Assembly (NCBI RefSeq): GCF_002105155.1
Contig: NW_019028996.1
Coordinates: forward strand, 620,001 to 684,000
Direction: 5' to 3'
Source: Lobosporangium transversale
Taxonomy: Eukaryota
Length of the DNA stretch: 64,000 nucleotides
Below the pieces are notes generated by a model. That model did not search any database and was not told the origin of the DNA. It saw nothing but the letters and a program-made list of their open reading frames with translations. Each line of letters begins with the position of its first letter. Position 1 is the first letter of the stretch. A program made the translations under genes and the position numbers. Shown piece after piece: positions 63,601-64,000 of the stretch.

Positions 63601-64000
63601 GATAACTATGTGCCAGTGCATATTGAGGCATATGAAAAGGAGACTTATCGTATTCAGCATCCGAATGACTCAGCCACTCAGCTGTCCGTCTCTACAACAG
63701 CATTGAATGAGAAAGGCGTTGAAAGCGGTGGATATGACACAAAGAAGTCTGACCTGCCAGCGGTTGCAAGCGATGGAAGCCGGCCACCTGTCATCAACAC
63801 TACGCCCGAAGCATTGAAGGAACCCCTCGCATCTTCGGAGCTTCCAACCATCTCCAGTGATAACTCCAAAGCTAATAATTCATCACCTCATCAGGATTCT
63901 TTAGCAACTGTAGCAGGCAGCTCACCAAGCTCTTCTAGGGAAGGCTCAGTGTCCGTAGCGCCAACTACGGGTACTACTGCAGCAGCAGCAGCTACAGCTT
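60688..64000 (+). CDS. WDR48: WD40 protein WDR48/UAF1 (Duf1/Bun107-like deubiquitinase activator), 3'-partial, multi-exon
   Basis: RISYVL...[92 protein letters not shown]. Confidence 0.93.

Overview
Intron-rich eukaryotic DNA from an early-diverging fungus, most likely Mortierellaceae (inferred from protein style, short introns with long poly-A/T tracts and a Mortierella-type TRP-like channel). About 22 protein-coding genes were reconstructed by manual splicing. No rRNA, tRNA, CRISPR array or intact transposon is visible. The main result is a compact ~13 kb branched-chain amino acid (BCAA) gene cluster at 22448-35670. It contains a single-polypeptide fusion of 3-isopropylmalate dehydrogenase (LeuB/Leu2) to a type-2 (archaeal/HacAB-like) LeuC+LeuD aconitase-family dehydratase, then ILV6, 3-hydroxyisobutyryl-CoA hydrolase, a divergent ILV5/ILV2 pair and an intronless GNAT acetyltransferase. 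Its promoters share Gcn4/CpcA-like motifs. Other notable items are a single-pass receptor-like pseudokinase, a NELF-C/D (TH1) homologue, a small secreted Cys-rich orphan protein, and two genes missed by the ORF track (PC4/Sub1 and a UBE2G/Ubc7-type E2). All family assignments come from motif recognition by eye; no searches were run.
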